A DNA stretch of 28,477 nucleotides from Clostridia bacterium. Lineage in GTDB: Bacteria > Bacillota > Clostridia > Christensenellales > Aristaeellaceae. The notes below the pieces were generated by a model that searched no databases, was not told the DNA's origin, and saw nothing but the letters and a program-made list of their open reading frames with translations. A program made the translations under genes and the position numbers. The stretch spans positions 1-28,477 of the forward strand of contig JAFPYA010000029.1 in assembly GCA_017412445.1 (NCBI GenBank), given 5' to 3'. Positions 6,838 through 15,046 of the stretch are shown here, one piece after another (the stretch's first letter is position 1; every line of letters begins with the position of its first letter).

Positions 6838-9015
6838 GTGTTTAACAAAAAGAATGTCCCCAAGCCGCTCATGCACGGGGCGGCCAAGGTGCCCGTGGTC
6901 ATGCAGATGGAGGCGCTTGAGTGCGGCGCGGCCTCGCTGACCATGATTATGCACTACTACAAAAAGTTCATTCCCCTCGAGCAGGCGCGCGTGGACTGCG
7001 GCGTGAGCATGAACGGCGCCAACGCCAAAAACATACTTTTGGCCGCGCGCTCGTACGGCATGGAGGCCAACGCCTGGCGCGTCGAGCCCGAGGATTTGCT
7101 GAACGAAGGCCCCTACCCCTGCATAATCCACTGGGGCTTCAACCACTTCGTGGTGCTGTGCGGCTTTAAGGGCAAAAGGGCGGTGCTGAACGACCCCGCT
7201 CGCGGCAACGTGACCGTGGACTGGGAGGAATTTGACCGCGAGTTTACGGGCGTGTGCCTGACCTTTGAGCCATCGGAGGAGTTCGCGCCCTCGGGCAAGC
7301 CCAAGAGCGTACTTTCCTACGCCAGGGAGCGCCTGAAGGGCAGCGGCGCCGCCGTGGCCTTCGTGGTGTTGACCACCACCATTTCTTCACTTATAGGCCT
7401 GATCAGCCCCGCGTTCAGCCGCGCGTTTCTCGACCGGCTGCTGACGCAGCAAAATCCCGAATGGCTCACGCCCTTCATGCTTCTGTTTGCGGTGATGATA
7501 CTTATAAGCGTGACCGTAAGCTGGATTTCGGCGGTGTATTCGCTCAGGATCCAGGGCAAGATGGCGGCCTACGGCTCGAGCGCCTACCTCTGGAAGGTGC
7601 TCAGACTTCCCATGCAGTTCTTTAATCAGCGCCTGGCCGCGGACATCTCCGACCGCCAGAGCACCAACGCGGGCATAGCGGGCACATTGGTAAACACCTT
7701 TGCGCCCCTTGCGCTGCAGGCGCTGATGATGGTGTTTTACCTCGTGGTGATGATAGGCTACAGCCCCATGCTCTCGCTTATAGGCGTGGGCTCGATAGCG
7801 CTGAACCTTCTGGTGAGCGTATGGGTGAGCAACAAGCGCGTGAACATCACGCGCGTGCAGCAAAGGGACAGGGCCAACCTGTCCGCCTCCACCATGAGCG
7901 GCATAAGCATGATAGAGACCATAAAGTCGAGCGGCGCGGAAAACGGCTTTTTCGGCCGCTGGGCGGGCTTTCAGGCGGGCGTAAACACCCAGGAGGTCAA
8001 GTACACGCGCCTGAACCTGCTGATAGGCACGCTGCCGGGCGCGATAACCTCCCTTGCCAACGTGGCGGTGTTGTCTCTTGGCGTGATGCTGGTGGTAAAG
8101 GGCGAATTCACCCGCGGCATGGTTATGGCGTTTCAGGGGTATCTGAGCGCGTTCACCTCCCCCGCCACCTCGCTCATAAACGCGGGGCAGCGCATGCAGG
8201 AAATGATAACCCAGATGGAGCGGGTGGACGACGTGATGAGCTACAGGGAGGACGAAAGCTTTTCTCCCCGCGTGAAGACCTCCGAATACGAAAAGCTCTC
8301 CGGCGCGATAGAGCTTAAAAACGTCACCTTCGGCTATTCCCGCTTGGACAAGCCGCTGATAAGCGACTTCAGCATGAGCGTAAAGCCCGGCCAGAAGATT
8401 GCCTTCGTGGGCAGGACGGGCTGCGGCAAAAGCACGCTTGCAAAGCTCATAAGCGGCCTGTACAGCCCGTGGGAGGGCGAGATCACCTTTGACGGCGTGC
8501 CGCTCAAGGACATAGACCGAAACGTGTTCACCGGCTCGGTCAGCGTAATAGATCAGGAGATAACCCTCTTTGAGGACACGATCTCCCAGAACATAAAGAT
8601 GTGGGACGAGTCCATAGAGGACTTCGAGGTGACCCTCGCCGCGCGCGACGCGGGCATATACGACGACATAGTCACCCGCGAGGGCGGCTTCGGCCACAAG
8701 CTGCTCGACGGCGGGCGCGACCTCTCGGGCGGCCAGAGGCAGAGGCTGGAGATCGCAAGAGCCCTGTCTCAGGACCCCACCATTTGCATTATGGACGAGG
8801 CCACCAGCGCGCTTGACGCGACCACTGAGCACGAGGTAATAAAGTCCATAAACGACCGCGGCATCACCTGCATAATAATCGCCCACAGACTGAGCACGAT
8901 ACGTGACTGCGACGAGATAATAGTGCTGGACAAGGGCAAAATAATCGAGCGAGGCACCCACGAGCAGCTCTACGCCGCGGGCGGCTTCTATCACGACCTT
9001 GTGACGAGCGAGTAA
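6838..9015 (+). CDS. NHLP-family bacteriocin export ABC transporter, C39 peptidase/permease/ATPase (PCAT)
   Basis: C39 triad intact: QMEALECGAASL (Cys), HWGFNHFVV (His), LNDPARG (Asp). TM domain, Walker A GRTGCGKS, signature LSGGQRQR, Walker B IMDEATSALD. Confidence 0.93.
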   Translation: MFNKKNVPKPLMHGAAKVPVVMQMEALECGAASLTMIMHYYKKFIPLEQARVDCGVSMNGANAKNILLAARSYGMEANAWRVEPEDLLNEGPYPCIIHWGFNHFVVLCGFKGKRAVLNDPARGNVTVDWEEFDREFTGVCLTFEPSEEFAPSGKPKSVLSYARERLKGSGAAVAFVVLTTTISSLIGLISPAFSRAFLDRLLTQQNPEWLTPFMLLFAVMILISVTVSWISAVYSLRIQGKMAAYGSSAYLWKVLRLPMQFFNQRLAADISDRQSTNAGIAGTLVNTFAPLALQALMMVFYLVVMIGYSPMLSLIGVGSIALNLLVSVWVSNKRVNITRVQQRDRANLSASTMSGISMIETIKSSGAENGFFGRWAGFQAGVNTQEVKYTRLNLLIGTLPGAITSLANVAVLSLGVMLVVKGEFTRGMVMAFQGYLSAFTSPATSLINAGQRMQEMITQMERVDDVMSYREDESFSPRVKTSEYEKLSGAIELKNVTFGYSRLDKPLISDFSMSVKPGQKIAFVGRTGCGKSTLAKLISGLYSPWEGEITFDGVPLKDIDRNVFTGSVSVIDQEITLFEDTISQNIKMWDESIEDFEVTLAARDAGIYDDIVTREGGFGHKLLDGGRDLSGGQRQRLEIARALSQDPTICIMDEATSALDATTEHEVIKSINDRGITCIIIAHRLSTIRDCDEIIVLDKGKIIERGTHEQLYAAGGFYHDLVTSE

Positions 9016-9030
9016 AGGAGGCGAGCGGCT

Positions 9031-11223
9031 GTGGGTTGGTTTGACGAGCAAATAGAATACAGAAAAAAGTACGAGCGCGAGCTGCTCGGCGACTCCTTTG
9101 AAAACATCGCCCGCTCGGTGACGGGCAGGCGCGTGAGCAGCACTGGCTTTGGCGGCGAGGCGGACGTAAGCGACGCGGTGAGCGCGCTGCTTAAGCATTT
9201 CGGTGTAAAGGAAAAGGAGGTGCCCGCCACAGTCACGGGGCTCAACGACAGGCTGGACTACCTGCTCTCCTCCACGGGCATACTCTACCGCGAGGTGATA
9301 CTCACAAAGGGCTGGCGCAGGGACGCCATGGGCGCAATGATTGGCTCGCTGATAAACGAGGGCGCGGTGATAGCGCTTCTGCCCTCGGACATGGGCGGCT
9401 ACGAGTACACAGACCCCAAAACCGGCGGCAAGGTGCGCGTGGGCGCGAAGGAGGAAAAGAACATAAGCGCCGAGGCGCTGTGCTTTTACCGTCCCCTGCC
9501 CATGCGAAAGCTGACTGTAAAGGACCTGCTTCAATTCATGAAGAGCTGCCTTACTATGCGGGACGTGCTCTCCTTCGCCTTTGCCACGCTCGCCGTGACG
9601 CTTGTGGGCCTGCTTATGCCGAGGCTCAACAACATACTGATGGGCGAGGTGGTCGAGAACCAAAGCTACCGGCTTTTGTTCGCGGTCAGCTCGTTTATAC
9701 TCTTTGCCACCCTGGGCACGATACTTTTGTCCATAATAAAGTCCTTCACGCTCGGGCGCATACGCGCAAAGCTGAGCCTGAACGTAAGCTCGGCCACTAT
9801 GATGCGTTTATTGTCCCTCCCGGCCTCGTTCTTTAAGGACTACTCGGCGGGCGAATTGAACCAGTACGTAAGCTACATGGATTCTCTGGCCGCGACCGTT
9901 GTGGACTCGGTGTTTGCGACCTCGCTCACCGGCGTGTTTTCGCTGATATATCTCGGGCAGGTGTTCGCCTACGCGCCCGGCCTCGTATGGCCGAGCCTGA
10001 TAGTTACGTTTGTGACGCTGGCGGTCAGCCTCATCTCCGCGCGGGTTCAGATGCGCATAGACACCGAAAAGATGACCGTAACCGCAAGGGAGCGCGGCCT
10101 TGTGTATTCGCTCATCACCGGCATACAGAAGATACGCCTGAGCGGCGCCGAAAACCGCGCCTTCGCCAAGTGGTCGAGGCAGTACACCCAGAGCGCCGCG
10201 CTTACATACAGCCCGCCCGCGATAATACGCCTTTCGGGCGTGATAACCTCGGCCGTGAGCCTGATTGGCACCGCGATAATGTACTACGTGGCGGTTCAAA
10301 GCCGCGTGAGCGTGCAGGACTACTACGCCTTCAACACCGCCTACGCCTACATTTCATCGGCGTTTTCGTCGCTGGCGGCGATGGCGCTGTCAGCAGCGGG
10401 CATAAAGCCCATAGTGTCGCTGATAAAGCCGCTGCTCAGCGCTGAGCCCGAGACCGGCGAAAGCAAGGAGACCATGACAAAGCTCGGCGGCCGCATAGAG
10501 CTTTCGCACGTCACCTTCGGCTACGACCCCGAGAGCAAGCCGCTGTTTGACGACTTCAACCTCGTGATTCCCGCGCGCCAGTACGTGGCGATAGTGGGCA
10601 AGAGCGGCTGCGGCAAATCCACGCTGGTCAGGCTGCTGCTGGGCTTTGAAAAGCCCTCGCGCGGCGTAATCTACTATGACCGCCGCGACATGCAGCAGAT
10701 AGACTTAAAGTCCTTAAGGCGCCAGATAGGCACCGTGATGCAGGACGGCAAGCTCTTCAGCGGCTCTATATTCGACAACATAGTCATCTCCGCGCCCACC
10801 ATAAAGCTGCAGGACGCATGGGACGCGGCGGAGATCGCGGGCATAGCCGACGACATACGCGACATGCCCATGGGCATGAACACGATGCTGCAGGAGGGCG
10901 GCGGCACAATATCCGGCGGCCAGAGGCAGCGGCTTATGATTGCCCGCGCCGTTGCGCCCAAGCCCAAAATTCTCATATTCGACGAGGCCACAAGCGCCCT
11001 GGACAACCTGACGCAAAAGAAGGTCTCCGAGGCGCTGGACTCCATGAAGTGCACCCGCATAGTTATCGCCCACCGCCTTTCGACCATACGCCGCTGCGAC
11101 AGGATACTCGTTATTGACAACGGCAAAATCGCCGAGGACGGCACATACGAGGAGCTCATCGCGAAGAACGGCCTGTTCAGCGAGCTGGTCAGGCGCCAGC
11201 GCCCGGACGGCAAGGCCGACTGA
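9031..11223 (+). CDS. NHLP bacteriocin export ABC transporter, permease/ATPase subunit
   Basis: Typical MGWFDEQI N-terminus without a catalytic Cys motif. TM domain, GKSGCGKS, ISGGQRQR, IFDEATSALD. Tandem with the PCAT. Confidence 0.9.
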   Translation: MGWFDEQIEYRKKYERELLGDSFENIARSVTGRRVSSTGFGGEADVSDAVSALLKHFGVKEKEVPATVTGLNDRLDYLLSSTGILYREVILTKGWRRDAMGAMIGSLINEGAVIALLPSDMGGYEYTDPKTGGKVRVGAKEEKNISAEALCFYRPLPMRKLTVKDLLQFMKSCLTMRDVLSFAFATLAVTLVGLLMPRLNNILMGEVVENQSYRLLFAVSSFILFATLGTILLSIIKSFTLGRIRAKLSLNVSSATMMRLLSLPASFFKDYSAGELNQYVSYMDSLAATVVDSVFATSLTGVFSLIYLGQVFAYAPGLVWPSLIVTFVTLAVSLISARVQMRIDTEKMTVTARERGLVYSLITGIQKIRLSGAENRAFAKWSRQYTQSAALTYSPPAIIRLSGVITSAVSLIGTAIMYYVAVQSRVSVQDYYAFNTAYAYISSAFSSLAAMALSAAGIKPIVSLIKPLLSAEPETGESKETMTKLGGRIELSHVTFGYDPESKPLFDDFNLVIPARQYVAIVGKSGCGKSTLVRLLLGFEKPSRGVIYYDRRDMQQIDLKSLRRQIGTVMQDGKLFSGSIFDNIVISAPTIKLQDAWDAAEIAGIADDIRDMPMGMNTMLQEGGGTISGGQRQRLMIARAVAPKPKILIFDEATSALDNLTQKKVSEALDSMKCTRIVIAHRLSTIRRCDRILVIDNGKIAEDGTYEELIAKNGLFSELVRRQRPDGKAD

Positions 11224-11225
11224 CC

Positions 11226-11774
11226 GTGAATACGCCTGCCTTTGACTTTATTCTCCTGCCCGGCATACGCTTAAGGGACGACGGCGGCATACCGGACGAA
11301 ATGCTTTTGCGCGTAAACAGGGCGCTCGACGTCTGGCGCGCCTCGGGAGAGCCGGTGATAGTGGCGCTGGGCGCGGACGCGGCAAGCGTGGGCGTAAGCG
11401 AGGCCGCGGCGATGAAAGGCCTGCTGACCGAAGCCGGCGTGCCGGAAGACCTCGTAGTGACCGAGGACAAAAGCTTCGTCACCAGCGAAAACTTCATAAA
11501 CGCGCGCGCCTTCATACCGCCCGGTTCGCGCCTTGCGCTGGTCACGAGCGACTACCACATGGCGCGCGCCCGCCTGCTCGCCCGCAAGGCGGGCTTTAAG
11601 GTAAAGGGCTTCAAGGCCAGAACCCCGGGCGGAAGTCTCAAGCGCCGCCGCCGCATTTTAGAGCTGCTGGGCATAATAGACGCGCTGTGCGGCTTTCAGA
11701 ACGAAAACCGCACCCGCCCCGCCCCCGTAGAGCGCTTCAAGCGCTTTATGAGCAGAAAGCTGACAGGAAAATAA
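11226..11774 (+). CDS. YdcF/DUF218 (SanA/ElyC-like) family protein
   Basis: FILLPG, EAAAMKGLL..AGVP, TEDKSFVTSENF, LVTSDYHMARA. Confidence 0.8.
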   Translation: MNTPAFDFILLPGIRLRDDGGIPDEMLLRVNRALDVWRASGEPVIVALGADAASVGVSEAAAMKGLLTEAGVPEDLVVTEDKSFVTSENFINARAFIPPGSRLALVTSDYHMARARLLARKAGFKVKGFKARTPGGSLKRRRRILELLGIIDALCGFQNENRTRPAPVERFKRFMSRKLTGK

Positions 11775-11793
11775 AGGCCCCACGGAGGCAATT

Positions 11794-12468
11794 ATGCATT
11801 TTGATTTGAAAAAATACCTCAAAACGAACCTGAGGCGCATACTCATGTCGCTGGGCGGCGTGATGCTGGGCGCAGTCGCGGTGGGCATATTCAAAATCGC
11901 GGCTATGGGCGTGGACCCCTTTCAGTCGTTCATGAGCGGGCTTGACAGCGTGATACCCATACCCTTCGGCACGCTCTACATGCTGGTGAACGCGGTTCTG
12001 CTCGTGTTCAGCCTCGTGTTCAACCGCCATAACATAGGCATAGCCACGTTCATAAACCTGTTTTTGCTGGGGTATGTGACCCAGTTTTCCTACGAGCTGC
12101 TGCAAAAGCTGATAGTAGACCCGTCGATAATAGTGCGCATAGTTTGCCTGCTTACGGGCATAGTTGTGATTTGCATAGGCTCGGCGCTGTACATGACGGC
12201 GGATCTGGGCGTGTCCACCTACGACTCGATAGCCATAACCATGGCGTACAAGTGGAAAATGGGCAAATTCAAGTTCATCCGCGTGTGCACGGACGTGGTA
12301 TGCGTAATCCTCGGCTGCGCGCTGTTTTTGCTTGGCGGCGGCAAATGGAGCAAGGTGCCCGAGATTGCGGGCATAGGCACTATAATCACCGCGTTTTTCA
12401 TGGGCCCGCTGATAGAATTTTTCAATCAGCGCATCGCCCGCCCGCTGCTTAACTCGGGAAAAAAGTAA
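11794..12468 (+). CDS. YczE/YyaS/YitT-family membrane protein
   Basis: Six hydrophobic segments. A.MGVDPF, GIATFIN, ADLGVSTYD, IGTIITAFFMGPLI. GGAGG RBS. Confidence 0.8.
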   Translation: MHFDLKKYLKTNLRRILMSLGGVMLGAVAVGIFKIAAMGVDPFQSFMSGLDSVIPIPFGTLYMLVNAVLLVFSLVFNRHNIGIATFINLFLLGYVTQFSYELLQKLIVDPSIIVRIVCLLTGIVVICIGSALYMTADLGVSTYDSIAITMAYKWKMGKFKFIRVCTDVVCVILGCALFLLGGGKWSKVPEIAGIGTIITAFFMGPLIEFFNQRIARPLLNSGKK

Positions 12469-12573
12469 CAGCAAGCCAAAGCGGGCTATTGCACAGATAA
12501 AAAGGGGCTTTTAGTTCTCTCAGGAAAAAATCATATAAAGCACAAGCGTAAAGGAAAACCACATCTGATTGCC

Positions 12574-13425
12574 ATGAAGGACTATCGTTTTTACGGCTGG
12601 CAGACGGCCGATGTAAAGGACGGCAGCGGCTTGACTCCCCGCGACTATTACGATTTGCTGTCGGAGGTATGGTGCGCCGAGACCTGCGCGCCGAGAATGC
12701 GAGGCGAATGGTCGCCGGACAACAGGACATTGGGGCAGTGCTCGATTACGGCGTTTCTTATGCAGGATATTTTCGGCGGGAAGGTTTTCGGAGTGCCTCT
12801 CGACGACGGCAACTGGCACTGCTTCAATGTAGTGGGCGACTGTGTGTTCGATCTTACAAGCGAGCAGTTCGGAAACGTCAGGCTCGATTACAATAAGCGC
12901 CGTGAGCAGCTTCGTGAAGTGCATTTTGCAAAGGAGGAAAAGCACCTGCGCTATGAGCTGCTCAGGAAAAGGCTTGAAAAAATCAGGCCGATAATTCGTC
13001 GCATGGACGAAAAAAATCTGGGCCGCTACGGTGAAATCTATGCCGGGGCCTTTTCCGGCGAGCCCTGGAACGACCCGTGGAAGGTCGATGATGCCATGAT
13101 CCCCGTCGGGGAGCTGCTGGAATCGAAGCAGTCCTACGGGCTCGAATATGTGCTTGGCGGGCAGGTTGTGGGGTTCATTCTCGGCACATCCATGCTTTTT
13201 CACTACGGAAGAACCTTTGAAATCAACGATCTTGCGGTTCATCCGGCATTTCAGCGGCGCGGCATCGCAAAAAAGCTTCTGGAACGCTGCCTGAACGATA
13301 TAAAGGCGCAGGGCATGGTCGGCGTGCATCTGATAACCGCCGCAGAAGGCATCCTGCCCGGATTCTACGAAAGGTACGGCTTCAAAAAGGAAAACGAAGT
13401 CATACTGATGGGAATGGAAGTATGA
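12574..13425 (+). CDS. YunG-like domain fused to a GNAT N-acetyltransferase
   Basis: N-part: VWCAETCAPRMRGEWSPDNRTLGQCSITAFLMQDIFGG...WHCFN...DLTSEQF. C-part: AFSGEPWNDPW...EINDLAVHPAFQRRGIAKKLL...FYERYGF (GNAT motif A). Confidence 0.8.
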   Translation: MKDYRFYGWQTADVKDGSGLTPRDYYDLLSEVWCAETCAPRMRGEWSPDNRTLGQCSITAFLMQDIFGGKVFGVPLDDGNWHCFNVVGDCVFDLTSEQFGNVRLDYNKRREQLREVHFAKEEKHLRYELLRKRLEKIRPIIRRMDEKNLGRYGEIYAGAFSGEPWNDPWKVDDAMIPVGELLESKQSYGLEYVLGGQVVGFILGTSMLFHYGRTFEINDLAVHPAFQRRGIAKKLLERCLNDIKAQGMVGVHLITAAEGILPGFYERYGFKKENEVILMGMEV

Positions 13426-13491
13426 TATACAGGCTTACCGATAATGCGGCTTTGAGTCAGTTTTCCGTAAAGAGCATTAAAACCAAGCTTC

Positions 13492-13530
13492 GATTCATTT
13501 TAAGCGAGGGGCCGTTCAACGGCCCCTTTT
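13492..13530. terminator. GC hairpin between convergent genes, preceded by a 17-mer shared with the 202-218 repeat
   Basis: GATTCATTTTAAGCGAG, then GGGGCCGTT-c-AACGGCCCC (13508-13526), then TTTT. Confidence 0.65.
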
Positions 13531-14859
13531 GCGCTTTTTGCTCCTTTTGCTGTCGCCTGGGTAGCGGTTTATGTTTATGTGGCGGTTGCTTACGGGGCGC
13601 TTCTTTTTGCCCAGCAGGCGCTTTACCGCGGGCAGGCGGCGGCCGCTTTGCTTTCTTAAGGACAGGGCGCGCTTGAGCTTTTCTATTTTGGCGCTGTTGC
13701 GTTTTAAGCTCTGGCGGCGAGGCAGAGGCGGGGTGTATGGCGCCTCGCGCTTTTCGATTTCGTCCTCCTCGCGTATAAGCTCGCGGCCGCTTTCGACAAG
13801 GTCCGGCTTAAGCAGAGGCGCGGAGACGCCGGTCTCCTGTTTGATTTCCACCTTGGTTTTGACCCTCATAGCAAAGTAGACTATGAGCCCTACCGCGAGC
13901 ACGGCGTAATAGGTGATGAAGCGCCACGCCAGCATGCCCGCTACGGTGAGGCTGCCCGGCATCAGATCGCCGAAAAACAGCGCAAACACGCCCTCCTGCG
14001 CGCCGCTTGCGCCGGGCAGGGGCGTATAGGCCGCGGCGCAGTACTGCATGACGCCCATGGTGAGCATGCGCCCGTAGGACGCGCCCTTAAGCCCCAGCCC
14101 AATAAAGACGCAGTACTGCACGCTGCACAGCATCACAAGCCGCGCGCCCGCCAAAAGCAGCTGCTTTATAAATTCCGCCTTGCTGTTGTACAGCCTGTGC
14201 ATGCCGTTGTAAAACCTGTCCGCGCCGGTGAGCATACTGTCCTCTTTTTCGATGAGCTTTTTAAGGCGCAGCTTTCTTGCCAGCCCCACTATCAGCTTCA
14301 TTATGGCGCGTATGGGTCTGCGCGTGAAGCACAAAAGTATCATGCCGACGGTCAGGGCCAGATTGAGCGCGTAGCCCAGTATCAGCAACCACATCGAGCC
14401 GTCGACCTGAGAGGAAATAAACCTGTAATTGACCGCGCCCAGCACTGTCGTAAGCAATACCAGCATTATATGAAAGCACACGTGCGGCATGAGCAGCGCG
14501 CTTGTGGAGTCTCCCACGGGCAGGCCGCGCCTGTTCATCTGGTATATCGCCACGGGCTGGCCGCCGGTCGCGCCGGGCGTGATGCCGGAATAAAACTCGC
14601 TGATTATGGCTATGCCGAACATGGGCATTACGCCCGTATCGTGCCCCATGTGCCTCAGCGCCGAGGCCGCGCCCCAGCCGTAAAGAAAAATCGAGCCGAA
14701 GGTGAGCGCCAGCCCCGCTATTGCGCTTTCTATCCTCAGGCCTCTGAGCGCCTCGACCGAGCAGGTCAGATCCCCGTTTTTGAAAGCGGTGTACAGCACC
14801 AGCCCCAGCGTGACCGCCAGAACCAGCAAGCTCGACATCCGCTTCAAAGCGTTTTTCAT
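13516..14859 (-). CDS. Lysylphosphatidylglycerol synthase transmembrane-domain protein (UPF0104 / flippase-like) with a basic C-tail
   Basis: FYSGITPGATGGQP, YTPLPGASGAQEG and WRFITYY motifs, multiple TM helices, GGGAGG RBS. Confidence 0.85.
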   Translation of the reverse strand: MKNALKRMSSLLVLAVTLGLVLYTAFKNGDLTCSVEALRGLRIESAIAGLALTFGSIFLYGWGAASALRHMGHDTGVMPMFGIAIISEFYSGITPGATGGQPVAIYQMNRRGLPVGDSTSALLMPHVCFHIMLVLLTTVLGAVNYRFISSQVDGSMWLLILGYALNLALTVGMILLCFTRRPIRAIMKLIVGLARKLRLKKLIEKEDSMLTGADRFYNGMHRLYNSKAEFIKQLLLAGARLVMLCSVQYCVFIGLGLKGASYGRMLTMGVMQYCAAAYTPLPGASGAQEGVFALFFGDLMPGSLTVAGMLAWRFITYYAVLAVGLIVYFAMRVKTKVEIKQETGVSAPLLKPDLVESGRELIREEDEIEKREAPYTPPLPRRQSLKRNSAKIEKLKRALSLRKQSGRRLPAVKRLLGKKKRPVSNRHININRYPGDSKRSKKRKRGR

Positions 14860-14986
14860 TTGTGCCTCCCCGCCGCTGTTTATGTTTCTTTTGAACGAAA
14901 ACCCGTTTTCGTCCCCTTTCGTACTATTATACCACGTTCCACTGCAAAATTAAACCCAAATTAGCGCCGTTCATACGGCTTTTTTC

Positions 14987-15015
14987 TTGACAAGCACTGA
15001 ATGCGGGAATAAAAT
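14987..15015 (+). promoter_or_regulatory. sigmaA-type promoter of purB
   Basis: TTGACA-17 nt-TAAAAT. Confidence 0.75.
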
Positions 15016-15046
15016 TGTTTCATAAAAAATATCGGGGTGAAAAATC

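Noticed and set aside
7387-9663. 758-aa minus-strand ORF
   Set aside because: It is an antisense shadow of the well-supported ABC transporters, with no motifs or RBS. Such shadows are expected in GC-rich, GC3-biased DNA.
12520-13329. 269-aa minus-strand ORF, and similarly 18928..20085, 22963..23538, 23177..24292 and 24998..25807
   Set aside because: All overlap genes with clear family motifs on the opposite strand and show no recognisable features of their own.
14960-15046. Purine riboswitch upstream of purB
   Set aside because: The predicted 5' leader is only about 25 nt and has no aptamer-like sequence.
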